Part shown: piece by piece, positions 44,599 through 59,185 of the stretch
Numbering within the stretch: position 1 is the first letter of the stretch
Layout of the letters: each line of letters opens with the position of its first letter
Origin: Octopus vulgaris
Lineage: Eukaryota
Assembly (NCBI GenBank): GCA_951406725.2
Contig: OX597828.1
Span: forward strand, 22,382,001 to 22,446,000
Direction of reading: 5' to 3'
Length of the DNA: 64,000 nt
The notes under the pieces: generated by a model
What the model saw: the letters and a program-made list of their open reading frames with translations, nothing else
Told to the model about the DNA's origin: nothing
Database searches by the model: none
Program-made: the position numbers and the translations under genes

Positions 44599-45721
44599 AA
44601 AGAGGTCCTATTGTGGGTTAAGCTGAGGGTGATACTCAGCCAGCATGCGATTGCTCAAAACCTTCGCTAGCATAAGATTTTCCAGTGAAGAATATGACTA
44701 ATGAATTTCTCAACAATGGGATCTGATCAAGTGTTACACAGTTGGCCAGAACCCTGGGCTGCCCAGATGATTGTCACGGGGCTGCCCAGCATATTGTAGA
44801 AAATCTCCCTGTTGTAAATCAGCCGCTGTTGCAGTGCGACTCCAAATGATCTGGAGTACATCTGTGACGTATCTCCATCAACTTTGCTAATGAAATGTAA
44901 ATGATAATGTTTTAAGAAATTTGAAGAACCGGGTTCAGTCCGCACACATAAAACCGTGATATCTTTGTACGTACTACCGTGTACCCAATTTCACCCACAT
45001 GATATTTGGTCGGCCGGAGAGCATAAAATGTTGCCCTTGGCGACTATACCATACGATGGGATCGAAACTACAAGCCTTGTGGTTGTAAAGCGTACCTTTT
45101 AACCATTCGGCCACTTTTCGCCCACACACACATTCATATACACATATATATATGAACTCGTTGCTAGACATGAAGAAATGGTCCATTCGTGTTAAACGAA
45201 TAACAACAAAAGAACTAAAGAACAAAATAAGTAGAGAACCAGATGAAGGTGTCGAAGAACTAGTAAATACATGTTTTCGCAGACAAATTTAACTTTCCAA
45301 ACCCTCAATCAATAAAGAACCGACTTAAAGGAACAAAAGCGAAGTTCACAATTAACAAACCGCAACATTCACTGACAATCGATTACCGCCATAGTCGCCT
45401 TTATATATATTTTGTTCTCTTTTAGTTTCATTGTAAATTTTCTTTTTTAAATGTGATTTCCGTTTAAATTTTATTTTGGTATGTATTAGTATTTAGACGT
45501 TCAATCATGGGATTATATTTTTATTTTTTTTATTTTTTATTTATTTATTTTTTTCAGAGAGGTGTAAGTTTTTCAACTGAAATAATCTTAGTAGTACATT
45601 TCTTACGTTGAATACGAGTTTAGTAACGCAAACGTAGTCATAAATGTAGAAATATTGCAAGTTAATATTTTGGCAATAGAAATACAAATAACAGCAGCAG
45701 CAGCATCAATAGCAGAAGTAG

Positions 45722-45757
<36 letters not shown>

Positions 45758-46037
45758 CAATAGCAGTAGCAGCAGAAGTAGTAGTGATTATTAATAATAG
45801 TAGTAGTAGTAGTAGTAGTAGTAGTAGCAGCAGTGTGTATTGATATTAGTAGTAGCAGTAGTAGTGAGTATTAATAGTAGTAGTAATAGTAGTAGCAGTA
45901 GTAGTGAGTATTAATAGTAGTAGTAGAAGTAATGCAATTACTCACTACGGCTGCAACTACTACTACTACTACTACAACTACTACTACAGCTGCTGCTGCT
46001 ATTCGTGTATCTATTGCAGTATATATTGCAACGCTAT

Positions 46038-46398
46038 GGAGGCGCAATGGCCCAGTGATTAGGGCGGCGGAGGACCGGTCGCAGGATCGTGGTTTCATTT
46101 CCCAGACCGGGCGTTGTGAGTGTTTATTGTGTGAAAACCCCTAAAATCCCCCACGAGGCTCCATCAGGGAGTGGCGACGAATTACGCTGTACTCTTTCAC
46201 CACAACTTTCTCTCACTTTTTCTTCCTGTTTCTGTTGTACCTGTATTTCAAAGGCCAGCCTTGTCACACTCTACGTCACGCTGATTCTCCCGCGAGAACT
46301 ACGTTAACGGTGCACGTGTCTGTGGAGCACTCAACCACTTGCACGTTAATTTGATCGGATCAACTGGAACCTTCGTCGTCGTAACCGACGGAGTTCCA
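46038..46398 (+). mobile_element. SINE family C
   Basis: ggaggcgcaatggcccagtgattagggcggcgg...cgtcgtcgtaaccgacggagttcc; possible decayed TSD atattgcaacgctat / atattgccacaatat. Confidence 0.88.
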
Positions 46399-46457
46399 CA
46401 ATATTGCCACAATATTAATTAGTGATATCACTATATTAGTATTACCAATATTAATAC

Positions 46458-46640
46458 TGCCTTTCCCTTGGATAACATCGGCGGAGTGGAGAATGGAGGC
46501 TGGTATGGATGGGCGACTGGTGGGCTTCCATAGAAACAACCATAGGATGTGTGTTCGCTGGTGAGGCGATTTACCGCCCAGATTTGTACCCGGAGGAGAA
46601 CATCTTAGGTGCACCCATGGTCATTCGTGACCAAACGGGT
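46458..46640 (+). mobile_element. SINE family D, 3' part
   Basis: cccttggataacatcggcggagtggag...ggtgcacccatggtcattcgtgacc. Confidence 0.75.
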
Positions 46641-46816
46641 CGAGGGTATTAATAACAGCTGCAGTATTATAGCAGTGGTACATATATTTGATCCCCTACC
46701 ACATAGCTCTGGGTTCATTCCTACTGAGTAGCACCTTGGGCAGAGGTTTTCCTCTTGGGCTCACCGAAGGCTTGTGGGTGGGTTTTGCTAGACGTAAAAT
46801 GAAAGAAGCCTGCTGC

Positions 46817-46909
<93 letters not shown>

Positions 46910-47367
46910 TGTGTGTGTTTGTGTGCATGTGTGTGTGCGAGTGTGTGTGTATGTACATATGTGTGCACGTATGTATGTATTGATTGATTTACTTGAAATC
47001 TTCGTGTGATAAAAAGAGGCATCGTTGAAGGATCATTTATATTTCACTTAATGTTATTCTTAGTCAATTAACTAATCAATCAAGGAACTGACTAATCGAT
47101 TGCGTGACTAATCTTTTGAGCAATCAGATCATTCATTTTGTTCGCAAGTGCCGATTCGGCGCTATTTAGGACTTTATCAATGACGTATCCTTGTTAGTGC
47201 AACGATATATCCTTATTAGGGATCAGCCATTTAATTGGTTAATTAATTATTTCGGTGATTAATAACGGAAAACAAGGAACAGAATTGCAACTACGATATG
47301 CATTTTATTAGCATTACAAACACGCACAATTAGACACCCACCCACACACACACATACACACACACAT

Positions 47368-47927
47368 GGCGGTGAGCTGGCAGAATCGTTAGCACGCCGG
47401 GCGAAATGCTCTGCCGTTACGTTCTGAGTTCAAATTCTGCCGAGGTTGACTTTGCCTTTCATCCTTTCGGGGTCAATTAAATAAGTACCAGTTACGCACT
47501 GGCGTCGATGTAATCGACTTAATCCGTTTGTCTGTCCTTGTTTGTCCTCTCTGTGTTTGGCCCCTTGTGGGTAGTAAAGAAATAGGTATTTCGTCTACCG
47601 CTACGTTCTGAGTTCAAATTCTGCCGAAGTCGACTTTGCTTTCATCCTTTCGGGGTCGATTAAATAAGTACCAGTTACGCACTGGGGTCGATATAATCGA
47701 CGTAATCCGTTTGTCTGTCCTTGTTTATTCTCTCTGTGTTTAGCCCCTGTGGGTAGCAAAGAAATAGGTATTTCGTCTGTCTTTACTTACCCAGTTCAAA
47801 TTCCACCGAGGTGGACTTTGCCTTTCATCCTTTCGGGGCCAATTAAATAAGTACGCGTTACGCACTGGGGTCGATGTAATCAACTTAATTCCTTTGTCTG
47901 TCCTTGTTTGTCTCCCCTATGTTTAGC
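47368..47927 (+). mobile_element. SINE family A trimer sharing private variants with 41204-41780
   Basis: Shared tttacttacccagttcaaattccaccgaggtggac and ggggccaattaaataagtacgcgttacgc. Confidence 0.9.
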
Positions 47928-48325
47928 ATATAAGGCGTCACACAATTACCAGTTAACGTCCTTAATACTCAATATAAATGACTATAGAGTTACAATGTAC
48001 ACGACTATGGATAAAAGTATTTAAAATTCTTTGGTTAATCATATCTTACTATCTACATAATAATTCACCAAACATATACATAAAGGCTATATTTACCACC
48101 GGGAAAAGAGGACCCTGTTGTGGCTGACGTAGAACGTTTCAAGAGAGAATTGAACCGATAATAATGATCACCATTGTCGCTGGAGACGAAGAAATTGAAA
48201 AGGTCTCATGCAAAATCCGTTACTCAATGTGATACCGATAAGCAGAGATCTTGCGTGCCCACTCAAACATATACATACGCACACGCACGCACACAAACAC
48301 GCCACAACCCTGTGTTTATACATGC

Positions 48326-48365
<40 letters not shown>

Positions 48366-48401
48366 TTATCTGTATCTATCTATCTAGCTATATATATATA
48401 T

Positions 48402-48812
48402 ATACTCTTTTACGCTTTTACTTGTTTCAGTCATTTGACTGCGGCCATGCTGGAGCACCGCCTTTAGTCGAGCAAATCGACCCCGGGACTTATTCTTTGT
48501 AAGCCCAGTACTTATTCTATCGGTCTCTTTTGCCGAACCGCTAGGTGACGGGGACGTAAACACACCAGCATCGGTTGTCAAGCAATGCTAGGGGAACAAA
48601 CACAGACACACAAACACACACACGCATATATATATATATACATATATACGACGGGCTTCTTTCCCTCTCCGTCTACCAAATCCACTCACAAGGCTTTGGT
48701 GGACACGAGGCTATAGTAGAAGACACTTGCCCAAGGTGCCACGCAGTGGGACTGAACCCGGAACCATGTGGTTAGTAAACAAGCTACTTACCACACAGCC
48801 ACTCCTGCGCCT
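48402..48812 (-). mobile_element. SINE family B, full length
   Basis: Minus head aggcgcaggagtggctgtgtggtaagtagcttg...ccgggttcagtccc; ccttgggcaagt; tail ggtgctccagcatggccgcagtcaaatgactgaaacaagtaaaag. Confidence 0.92.
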
Positions 48813-48821
48813 ATATATATT

Positions 48822-48883
48822 GGGGCTAAATAACTGCAACATTCTTTCCTTTCCTGGGACCGCCACTTTCCAATGTCAACACA

Positions 48884-48921
<38 letters not shown>

Positions 48922-48999
48922 ATATATATAGTGATGGCTTGTTGCCAACTTAATGTGGCAGTCCCAGGAAAGGAAAGAACGTTACTGTTATTTAACCCT
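48822..48999. mobile_element. MITE-like inverted repeat (about 60-bp arms) around (CT)n(TA)n
   Basis: ggggctaaataactgcaacattctttcctttcctgggaccgccac versus gtggcagtcccaggaaaggaaagaacgttactgttatttaaccc. Confidence 0.7.
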
Positions 49000-49523
49000 A
49001 AGAAACACCATGTCTGGTTGACTATGCGACACAAACGTTCTGTGTCCTTAAGTTTCTAAACAGGGAAGATATGTAGGTGTGTGTGTGTGTCTGCATATAT
49101 GTATGCGTAATTGTAGTTATTGATATAGACTTAGATATAGATATAGCTGTATGTGTAAATACATATATAGGACTATTCCAGCGAATTCAACATATTTATG
49201 TAACCTGTATATTTATAAATAGGTGATATCAGATATGCTAAAAAGAAAATTGAACGTATCTCAAGAATATTCTTTTAAATTTAAATCATTTTACATTCGG
49301 TATTGAACAATAATTTTTATTTCATATCTTTCTTTCTTCCATTCTTTCTTTATTTTTGAGAAAGAAGTGTTGTTCGCTCCTTCTGCAGAAGATAATGAAA
49401 GAATCGAAAGAAATTTATAAAACGTTATAAAGAGTACGTTAACGGTATCAGATCAATATTGGTCAGACACCCGAAATCGTACACACACAGACACATACGT
49501 GTGTGTGTGTATCTCTCTCTTTA

Positions 49524-49557
<34 letters not shown>

Positions 49558-49778
49558 CATATATATACATATATGTATATATATATGTACGTTTATACTT
49601 GTATGTATATGTATTTATTTATTTATCTACTCACACATACATATATCTTACTGTACGTGGCTGACAGTTTGCACGTCTATGGCCACGGTGTTGTTCCAAC
49701 GTGTAAGCTATAATATGGTATGGTTTCAACGCATACGTATATGTATATAGGTATATATATATAAGTATATACATATAT

Positions 49779-49820
<42 letters not shown>

Positions 49821-50317
49821 GCATATATATTTAGAGGCATATTCAAAGTGTACAATACATACGAATACACAGACTACATACAGACACCCATACACACGCA
49901 TGTACGTTAATTTCTATGCCAGTATATGTGTGTGTGTGTGTATATGCGCGTGTGTGTGCTACCGTACAATTCCATCACCCATCGAACATATTGATCACCT
50001 ACACAACATACTGTATAACACAGCCTGTTGGTCAGGCAGCTAATCTTTAAAAATATATGTTCTTTATATCTCATGATTGATAAATCTGCAGAAGACAGAC
50101 TTTTCCATTTTTTTCTTCTCACGCGACATCTATGACATCATATCGGAGAAAATATCAGCAACGGTTTTTCTAAAGAATCATAGAATAATACCGATACAAT
50201 CGACATAGTTGCATCAATATATTTTGTCTAGCAACGATTTCGTTAAAAAAAAATAAAAGATGGCTAGCATGTATTAAATAATTGGCAACATCTCCGTTCG
50301 AAATAATGTTGTCTGTT

Positions 50318-50408
50318 TATTGTTTAGTATTTTATGTATTTTGTTATATTATTAATATTATTATTATCATTATTATTATTATAATTATTATTATTATTAT
50401 TATTATTA

Positions 50409-50479
<71 letters not shown>

Positions 50480-50484
50480 CATCA

Positions 50485-50530
<46 letters not shown>

Positions 50531-50583
50531 CATTATTATTATTATTATTATTATTATCATCATCATTATTATTATTGTTATTA

Positions 50584-50615
<32 letters not shown>

Positions 50616-50664
50616 GTTATTATTATTGTTATTATCATTATTATTATTATTATTATTATCATCA

Positions 50665-50701
<37 letters not shown>

Positions 50702-50804
50702 TATTATTATTATTATTATTGTTATTATTGTTTAGTATTTTATGTATTTTGTTATATTACTATTATTATTATTATCATTATCATCATTATTATTATTATT
50801 ATTG

Positions 50805-50838
<34 letters not shown>

Positions 50839-50846
50839 CATCATCA

Positions 50847-50902
<56 letters not shown>

Positions 50903-50912
50903 GTTGTTGTTA

Positions 50913-50952
<40 letters not shown>

Positions 50953-50974
50953 TATTATTATTATTATTATTATT

Positions 50975-51012
<38 letters not shown>

Positions 51013-51056
51013 TATTATTATTATTATTGTTATTATTATTATTATTATCATCATCA

Positions 51057-51124
<68 letters not shown>

Positions 51125-51130
51125 ATTATT
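50318..51130. repeat. Long (TAT/CAT/TGT)n array, tandemly duplicated
   Basis: The unique anchor tattgtttagtattttatgtattttgttatatt occurs at about 50318 and about 50726. Confidence 0.92.
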
Positions 51131-51764
51131 ATTTAAAATTTTTGTTTTTGGTCGAGCGTGTATGAGGTCGCTTGGTCTGCTAAAATTTGCATGCACAATT
51201 CTCTCTCTTTATAATTTTACTATCCTCTAGTTTCGTTGCTTTACTCGGTAGCTGGACTGCAGCCATGCTGGAGCATCAACAGGAAGGGATTTCACACATC
51301 AAATCGGGCTTCCACACATTTTCCACGAACCCAGTTCGGGTGAAGATGGACCCGAAAGAACGTGGTCATAAAGTCAGCTTCTATTATGCCTGGTGTTATA
51401 AAAAAAATGCAAATAAATAATGTAAGATTTTATGAATAGAATATCCGTCTATGTTGTGATACCCACATCTGGTTTGTTTGTATTAGATGTGTGAATAGGA
51501 TGAATGGGAATATTTACTGTAACGGTTTCTGATATCAGAACAAAAAGAGTTGATTAATATCTCACTGGATTTCCAGTCCTGATTTTCCAACGATTCTGAT
51601 TTCAAATCTCGGAAACGACTTAGCAATTTTAGGTGTAGTTGAACGTTAACATACTCACCAGTACTCTACTGGTGCTTATTTTACAAATCCCAAAACCGAC
51701 GGTAAGCAAAGGTTACTCGGTTGAAAATGTACTGGAAGAATATAGTTGTATTAATTCTTTTCTA

Positions 51765-52130
51765 CTCTAGGCATAAGGGCAGGAATTTTGGAGGAGAGGG
51801 CCAGTCGATTAGATCGACCTCAGTACGCAACTGTTACTTAAATTATCGACCACGAAAGGATGAAAAGTAAAGTCGAGTCTGCGGATTTGAAGTCAATAAG
51901 TTAAGACAGATGAAATACCTATTTCTTTGCTACCCACAAGGGGCTAAACACAGAGAGCACAAACAAGGACAGACAAACGGATTAAGTCGATCATATCGAC
52001 CCTAGTGCGTAACTGGCACTTACTTAATCGACCCCCAAATGATGAAAGGCAAAGTCGACCTCGGCATAATTTGAATTCCGAACGTAGCGGCAGACGAAAT
52101 ACCGCAAAGCATTTCGCCCGCTCTCCGCCT
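51765..52130 (-). mobile_element. SINE family A dimer
   Basis: Matches the A consensus. Confidence 0.85.
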
Positions 52131-52575
52131 TATCGTTGTACTAATTCGTCAATCCTTAGCGTATTCTCCTTGACTAAAATTTGAAAATTTGTTAAGATAT
52201 CGGGGTTCAAATTACTTTAACTGAATCTAAAATAGATATATTAATTTAAAAATCAAACCATGCATGGCCTCAATTGAGTTCTAAGTTGTTACATGAACAA
52301 ATAGAAAGACGTCCCCCAAATATAGCATATAAAGATAGCACACAATTTCGTGCGTTTATCGTTCATATGCTCTCACAACCATCTCAAGCGGATATTTGGC
52401 GAAATTTCTTAATTCTACGTAGGTTCTCGTAGGTGTTGTCGACTTGTAATGTTTAGTATCTATTAGCAAATGTTCATGTAAATTTGGGTGATTTCATACT
52501 ATGGTTGGAATGGGCACAGATAGAATATATCTCAATAGGACTCCAGAGTGCAGTACATTTGAAAAATCCAAAAAT

Positions 52576-52824
52576 TACTCTTTTAGTCTTTTACTTGTTT
52601 CAGTCATTTGACTGCAGCCATGCTGGAGCACCGCCTTTAGTCGAGCAAATCGACCCCAGGACTTATTTTTTGTAAACCTAGTACTTTTTCTGTCGGCCTC
52701 TTTTTGCCGAACCGCTAGATTTAAGGAGACGTAAACACCAGCATCGGTTGTCAAGCGATGTTGGGGGGACAAGCACAGACACACAAGCATATACACACAC
52801 ATACATATACATATCCACACACAC

Positions 52825-52892
<68 letters not shown>

Positions 52893-53056
52893 GTACGGGC
52901 TTCTTTCAGTTTCCGTCTACCAAATCCACTCACAAGTCTTCGGTCGGCCCGAGGCTATAGTAGAAGATACTTGTCCAAGATGCCACTCAGTGGGACTGAA
53001 CCAAAGACCATGTGGTTCGTAAGCAAGCTACTTACCACACAGCCACTCCTACGCCT
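52576..53056 (-). mobile_element. SINE family B with an expanded internal (TA)n
   Basis: Colinear with 48402-48812. Confidence 0.9.
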
Positions 53057-53344
53057 ATACTTACCACCTTTCTTAGTTAATGTAAATAAATATTCTTAAG
53101 TGTATTTTCGATTTCTGTTCTTTATATTTCTACTCTTTCTTATATAAGCATACGATGCTTGTTTGGCCTAAACTTCGAAGTCACTGTCAATAACAATCTT
53201 GTTTAAGAATAATATATATACATATATATATATATACTCTAAGGAAACTATAGCGTAACCCAACAGATTAACATAAAATTGTTTTTATTATCACTGAATA
53301 TAAAATAAACATTAACTTACACACGCTCACAATCAGATACATAA

Positions 53345-53432
<88 letters not shown>

Positions 53433-53987
53433 GTATGTATTTGTGATATTCTTACATGAAAGTAGAGCAAACACTACTTCGCTATTCTTGCTTGAATTCT
53501 AGAATTCTAATACACCACATTAGCAAGGCTGCTATATCTTTATTTATATTATTCCTCCTTTCATTTATTTATTTCTGTTCCTTCTAATATTGTGCACATT
53601 CCCAACATTCCCATATTCGCATTCATGTTTAGACTATCGACAACCTATTTTGCTCCGTAATCCATTCTTCAGTCGCTCACCAGTTGTATTCGTTTTCTCT
53701 TATGGGAACCAACGCTCAATTAATGGTGTACCGTATGAAAACGGTCATTTTCTTAACATTGCTATTCTTCGATAAGCTTTCATTTCAAAGATTGAAATTA
53801 CCTGTTACAGAGATTCTTTCTAGATTCGGCATCGCTTTGAAAGAGAAAACAAAATGAAATTAAACAAACGAACACAGACAGACACATGCACGCACACACG
53901 CACGCACGCACGCACGCTCGCACATACATATGTATATGTGCATTTATCAATATATGAATATGCATATATATATAAGTACACATATAT

Positions 53988-54034
<47 letters not shown>

Positions 54035-54131
54035 CATATATACATGCGCGCAAGCATACGTATATATATATATATACATATATATATATGTATGTATATA
54101 CATATATATAAATACATATATATATATATAC

Positions 54132-54207
<76 letters not shown>

Positions 54208-54595
54208 GTATATACGAATGTATGCACTCATGTATGTACATCGAAAATAAAATAAGAAATATTCTGGGAGGAAGACTTTTACCGATTCCTTCATTACGAG
54301 TTACTAATTATGTTACAGAAACAACAGACCGCGGGAAAGCCGTTTATTAAGATTGCTTGCTGTATTAGAAGTGGCAATTGAAATTATTTACGCTTTCACC
54401 ACATTTTTGCCTTGAAGCAAATGAACAGGGCTACCAAAAATTACCGATAGTTAACTACTAGATAAACCATAACATTACGACCGCTGGTATATCGTTAAAT
54501 CATTAATGCTTTAAACGCATCTAGCGAGCACTTTGCTTTTTACCGGTTGATTTTGCGTGTTTGAGTCTATATGTAAGTGTACCTGTGTTGTGTGG

Positions 54596-54630
<35 letters not shown>

Positions 54631-54837
54631 TGCGTTTTTTTTTTTGGTTTGTGTGTGAGTGTGTATGTATGTGCATTTTAAGTACATGTATGGATGTGAG
54701 TATATCAGCATGGCATTTGATTTTTGTTCACGCAGTCACGCACGCATATATTGATAAACACACGAACATACATTTCTGCATGTATTCATACTTGTAGATA
54801 CACATGTAGACACACATGTTAAGTGTGTGTGTGTGTG

Positions 54838-54875
<38 letters not shown>

Positions 54876-54882
54876 GACACAC

Positions 54883-54953
<71 letters not shown>

Positions 54954-55203
54954 AACACGCATACACACACATATATACATATACAAATATATTTATATGC
55001 ATGCATGTATGTACCTAATGCATATACATGGATGTGTGTCTATTTAAACACATACACACGTGGAATGCGTAACTATATCTATAATTATATTTTCTTCCTC
55101 TCTGTCTCTCTGTACATATATATATACATACGTATATATATACAAATGTATATATATACACATCTATATACATATATATGTATATATTCATATATATGTA
55201 TTT

Positions 55204-55246
<43 letters not shown>

Positions 55247-55331
55247 AACATATATATATATGCATATATACATACATATGTATATATATATACACATATA
55301 TACACATATATATACATACATATGTATACAT

Positions 55332-55398
<67 letters not shown>

Positions 55399-55587
55399 CA
55401 CACACATATATAGGTGCATCTATGTATATTGTTGGATTCTTCTTCGGGCTCGATGCTTATCATGCGGTCTATTCACCAAATACATTCCTATTCGTATAAA
55501 CAAAACGTTATTGCTTTTATCTTCCACATACACGTGATACCTAACCGTTATTCTGAAGCCCACTGAACATGATGTGGTTTTAATAAA

Positions 55588-55990
55588 CTGAGTTCGTCAG
55601 CACGCCGTGTAATATCCTGAGCGCCATTTCGTCCGAACTTAATTTCTCCGGTTCAAACTCTGCCGGGATCGACTTTACCGTTCATCAATCCGGGATTGAT
55701 ATAGTAAGTAACACTTAAGTACTTGAGCCGATCTAATCTACTTACTCCCGCCTCCGAAACTACTGGGCTTGTAACAAAGTGTGAAACCAAGATTAAAAGT
55801 TTGGAATCGTTAGCTCTCTAGGCAAATTGCTTAGCAAAACTTTGTCGGTCTTCTTGTTCGCCGAGGTTGACTTCAAATTTCACTCTTTCAGGATCGATGA
55901 AATAATTACCATATGAACACTGGTGCCGATAGAATTGATTTCCTCTCTCCTCTCTATCCCGAAATTTCTGTCCTTCTTCCAAACAATCTT
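55588..55990 (+). mobile_element. Two highly decayed SINE A-like copies
   Basis: ttcgtcagcacgccg...ggttcaaactctgccgggatcgacttt and gaatcgttagc...gccgaggttgactt. Confidence 0.55.
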
Positions 55991-56159
55991 TGCATTAGAA
56001 TTACACGCTAGACAAAAAGAAAAAGAAAATGGTAAAGAGAGAAAGAAAGAATAAATCCCGCGAACAAACAAACACAGAGATTGGTGGTGTGTTTGAATTG
56101 AAGCTAATGCGTTACTGAGTGGACAAATGGAAGAAAAAATACTCAGCACGTTTAATAAG

Positions 56160-57066
56160 AGTTACAATATTTAAAACAGTTTGATTGAGTCCAGGCGGCT
56201 TAAATATTTTGGGGATAAAGAAAAGAATGCATGGTCAATTTCATAGGGATGTTGAAGATAAGACAGACAGAGAAAATGTATGACTGTGCCTGGCTAAAGG
56301 TGATTTAAAACCGGAAAGGGAGGCTCTAATCTGTGCTGCCCAAGAGCAAGCACTAAGAACAAACTACGTAAAATGCAGAATAGACAACACAGCAGAAAGT
56401 GATCAGTGCAGAATCTGTGGACGAAACGTATGGCATATTACCAGCCAATGTACGCCGCTAGCCCAGAAGGAATATAAGGGTCGGCACTATAATATAGCCA
56501 GGATTGTTCATTGGACACTTTGCAACAAATATGAAATTGATAGAGCAAAGAATTGTTACGACCACTACCCTGAAGGCGTCATCGAAAATAGAAATACAAA
56601 GATCCTATGGGATTTTATGATTCAGTGCAACATTGAAATAGAGAATAGGAAACCAGACATAGTCTTAATTGAGAAGAAAACAAATTATGCTGGATCATAG
56701 ATATACCATACCCACTTGACAACAAGGTATGCGATAAGGAAGAAAGAAAAATCGAGAGATATGACCCGTTATCTTGGGAAGTTAAGCAGTTGTGGCTTAT
56801 GAAAACGGTAGCAGTAGTACCAATATTTATTGGAGCACTGGGAACAGTGAGCAAAAATCTCGAGAAGTACGTGGAAAAATGGGGGCTGCAATAAGGGTGG
56901 AGCACTTGCAGAAAATAGCACTGCTTGGAACCGCACGAATACTCCGGAAGGTCCTCGAAAAATAAGAGGTGTTACATTAGTTCACTGGGAATGAGCAGAT
57001 GACACCGTAGTATATCTCCAGCGTTAGAAGCTGTGTAAAGTCAATAATGATAATAATAATAATAAT
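56160..57066 (+). mobile_element. R4/Dong-like RLE non-LTR retrotransposon 3' end with (TAA)n tail
   Basis: MHGQFHRDV...KGDLKPEREALICAAQEQALRTNYVK...CRICG..VWHITSQCTPLAQKEYKGRH (CCHC)...ILWDFMIQCNIEIENRKPDIVLIEK (RLE)...VPIFIGALGTV...LQKIALLGTARILRKVLEK* (stop at 56963-56965). Confidence 0.9.
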
Positions 57067-58366
57067 CTTGAAACATGTAACGACTGGATGCTAAACCTCT
57101 TTGAATACCATGAAAGACGTAAGAAGCTTCATTCTGTTATGAAGGAGCGAAAAATATTTCAAGTGAGTTTATGCATAATACACAGGTTGAACAGCATGAT
57201 CGAAGTGCGACAACTGAAGTTGTAAAGGTGATATCAATAGCAAAGCAATATGCGTTTGAACAATTGGCTGATAGGTAGGAACAAAAATCTCTACATCGCA
57301 AATATGGGGCCCGCAGCCAACAATCTGATGTAGACCAGAAGCACACCTATCAGTGGCTACGGAACTCAAGGCTAAAGGCAGAGAGTGGAGGGTTTAATTT
57401 ATTTACCCAAGATCAGAGATTATTAACCCGGAATTATCAAGCCATTGTGATGAAAAATGGGGTAGATCCAAAGTGCCGATACTCAACGATGTTATAGAAA
57501 CAGTCGAACACCTAATCTCTGGATATAAGGTTTTTCGCACCTGTAGAGTATAAATCAAAATATGACAGAGTTGGATAATATCTAAATTGGAAAATGTGTC
57601 GTCATTATAAAATCAAAACTGCTGACAAATGGTGCAAGCACTAACCTAAGGCTGTAACTGAGGGAGGCTACGTGACTATTCTTTGGGACTCCTCAGTATA
57701 TACAGTCCGGACCATGAGAGCAAACAAACCAGATATTATTGTGACAGACCAAAACAGTAAAATCTGTTTATTGATTAACATGAATATACTCTGTGACCAT
57801 CATATCTCGGCAAAAGAATTTGATAAGGTCAGAAAATATAAAGATTTGTTAATCAAAATCGAAAAGATGTGGCAGCTCAAGACTTTTACAATACCAGTGA
57901 ATGTAGGATCACTTGGAATGATAAAAGAAAAAGAAACTGAAAATTAGTTAAGAATAATTCTTGGCCTACCATCCGTGCAGGAAGTGCAAATGATTGCCTC
58001 AACTAGTACGGCACATTTACTGAGAAGAGCATTATCGCTGCGAATTTTATTTCCATATTTCTCCTATTATTCTTTGGTTACATTTTTAAAAAAAATTATA
58101 TTTTCCTTTTTCTCTATGTCTTCCCCTTTTTCTCTATCACATGACTTTGTAAGTGGACAATCTGGTGTCTTTATTTTAATGGCTTCCCAATGTATACAGT
58201 ACGTTTCTCTGCCCTATGTGTCAGGAAGACACTCGGCAAGAAACGAAAACAGAACTGAAAGAGGATGCTAATGAAAATACTACTACTGCTACTACTACTA
58301 CTACTACTACTACTGCTACTACTACTACTACTACTACTACTACTAATAATAATAATAATAATAATA

Positions 58367-58390
<24 letters not shown>
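57067..58390 (+). mobile_element. Second, distinct R4/Dong-like 3' end
   Basis: DWMLNLFEYHERRKKLHSV...TYQWLRNSRLKAESG...QDQRLLTRNYQ...ETVEHLISG...TILWDSSVYTVRTMRANKPDIIV...KEFDKVRKYKDLLIKIEKMWQLKT...STAHLLRRALSL; UTR then (TAC)n(TAA)n(TGA)n. Confidence 0.88.
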
Positions 58391-58398
<8 letters not shown>

Positions 58399-58529
58399 AA
58401 TAATAATACGTATTGAGAAGAGCATTGTCGATGTGAGAACTGTTGCTGCTCATGTATTTTAATTTAACTTTAATAAAAAAAAATTTTTTTTAAATGAACG
58501 AACTACTGAGTTTGGTTTAATGGCCTACC

Positions 58530-58632
58530 AATGTATATTATGAGTTTCTTTGCCCTAGGAGTCGGGAAGACACTCGCCAAGAAATGGAAGCAAATTTGAA
58601 AGAAGAAAAAAAAAATAATAATAATAATAATG
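58530..58632 (+). mobile_element. Third R4/Dong-like 3' UTR fragment with (TAA)n
   Basis: tttctttgccctaggagtcgggaagacactcgccaagaaa matches 58204-58243 tttctctgccctatgtgtcaggaagacactcggcaagaaa. Confidence 0.75.
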
Positions 58633-59073
58633 ATACTCAAGACAGAGCTGAATGTAAAAAACAGGACCGAAGAAACAGGACTGTAGCCATACCGGTCGTG
58701 ACTTACAGTTTCAATTTCATTAACTGGTCAGTTACTGAAATATGTTGTCTTGACAGAAGAACACGAAAAGGATAAATGATCCTGATTAGATTGGCAGATG
58801 CTACACAACTCCACTGTAAAAGAAGCCCACAACGTTTTGAATGCAAGAATTGTATCAAGAAAGGATGAAGTACTTGCACATTATATATACTTCGAAAATG
58901 CATGAAATTTTAATATGTACCGTAAACTTGTTATTTTTACCATGATTTTCACCTTCAGGTACATGATAAATTTACAAAACATACTTTTTAAACATATGGA
59001 GGGCATAACTGGTCTTACATTTCTTTTCATCTACCTTTCTTTCTCCATCTAACCAAACCTCCAAAAATTCACT

Positions 59074-59185
<112 letters not shown>

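Noticed and set aside
50282-51196. Poly-I/Y/L/N ORFs
   Set aside because: Trinucleotide (TAT)n array, not coding.
53802-53834. 33-nt minus-strand exon (aag|...cag|gtaatt)
   Set aside because: Weak AAG acceptor; such matches are expected by chance in 64 kb.
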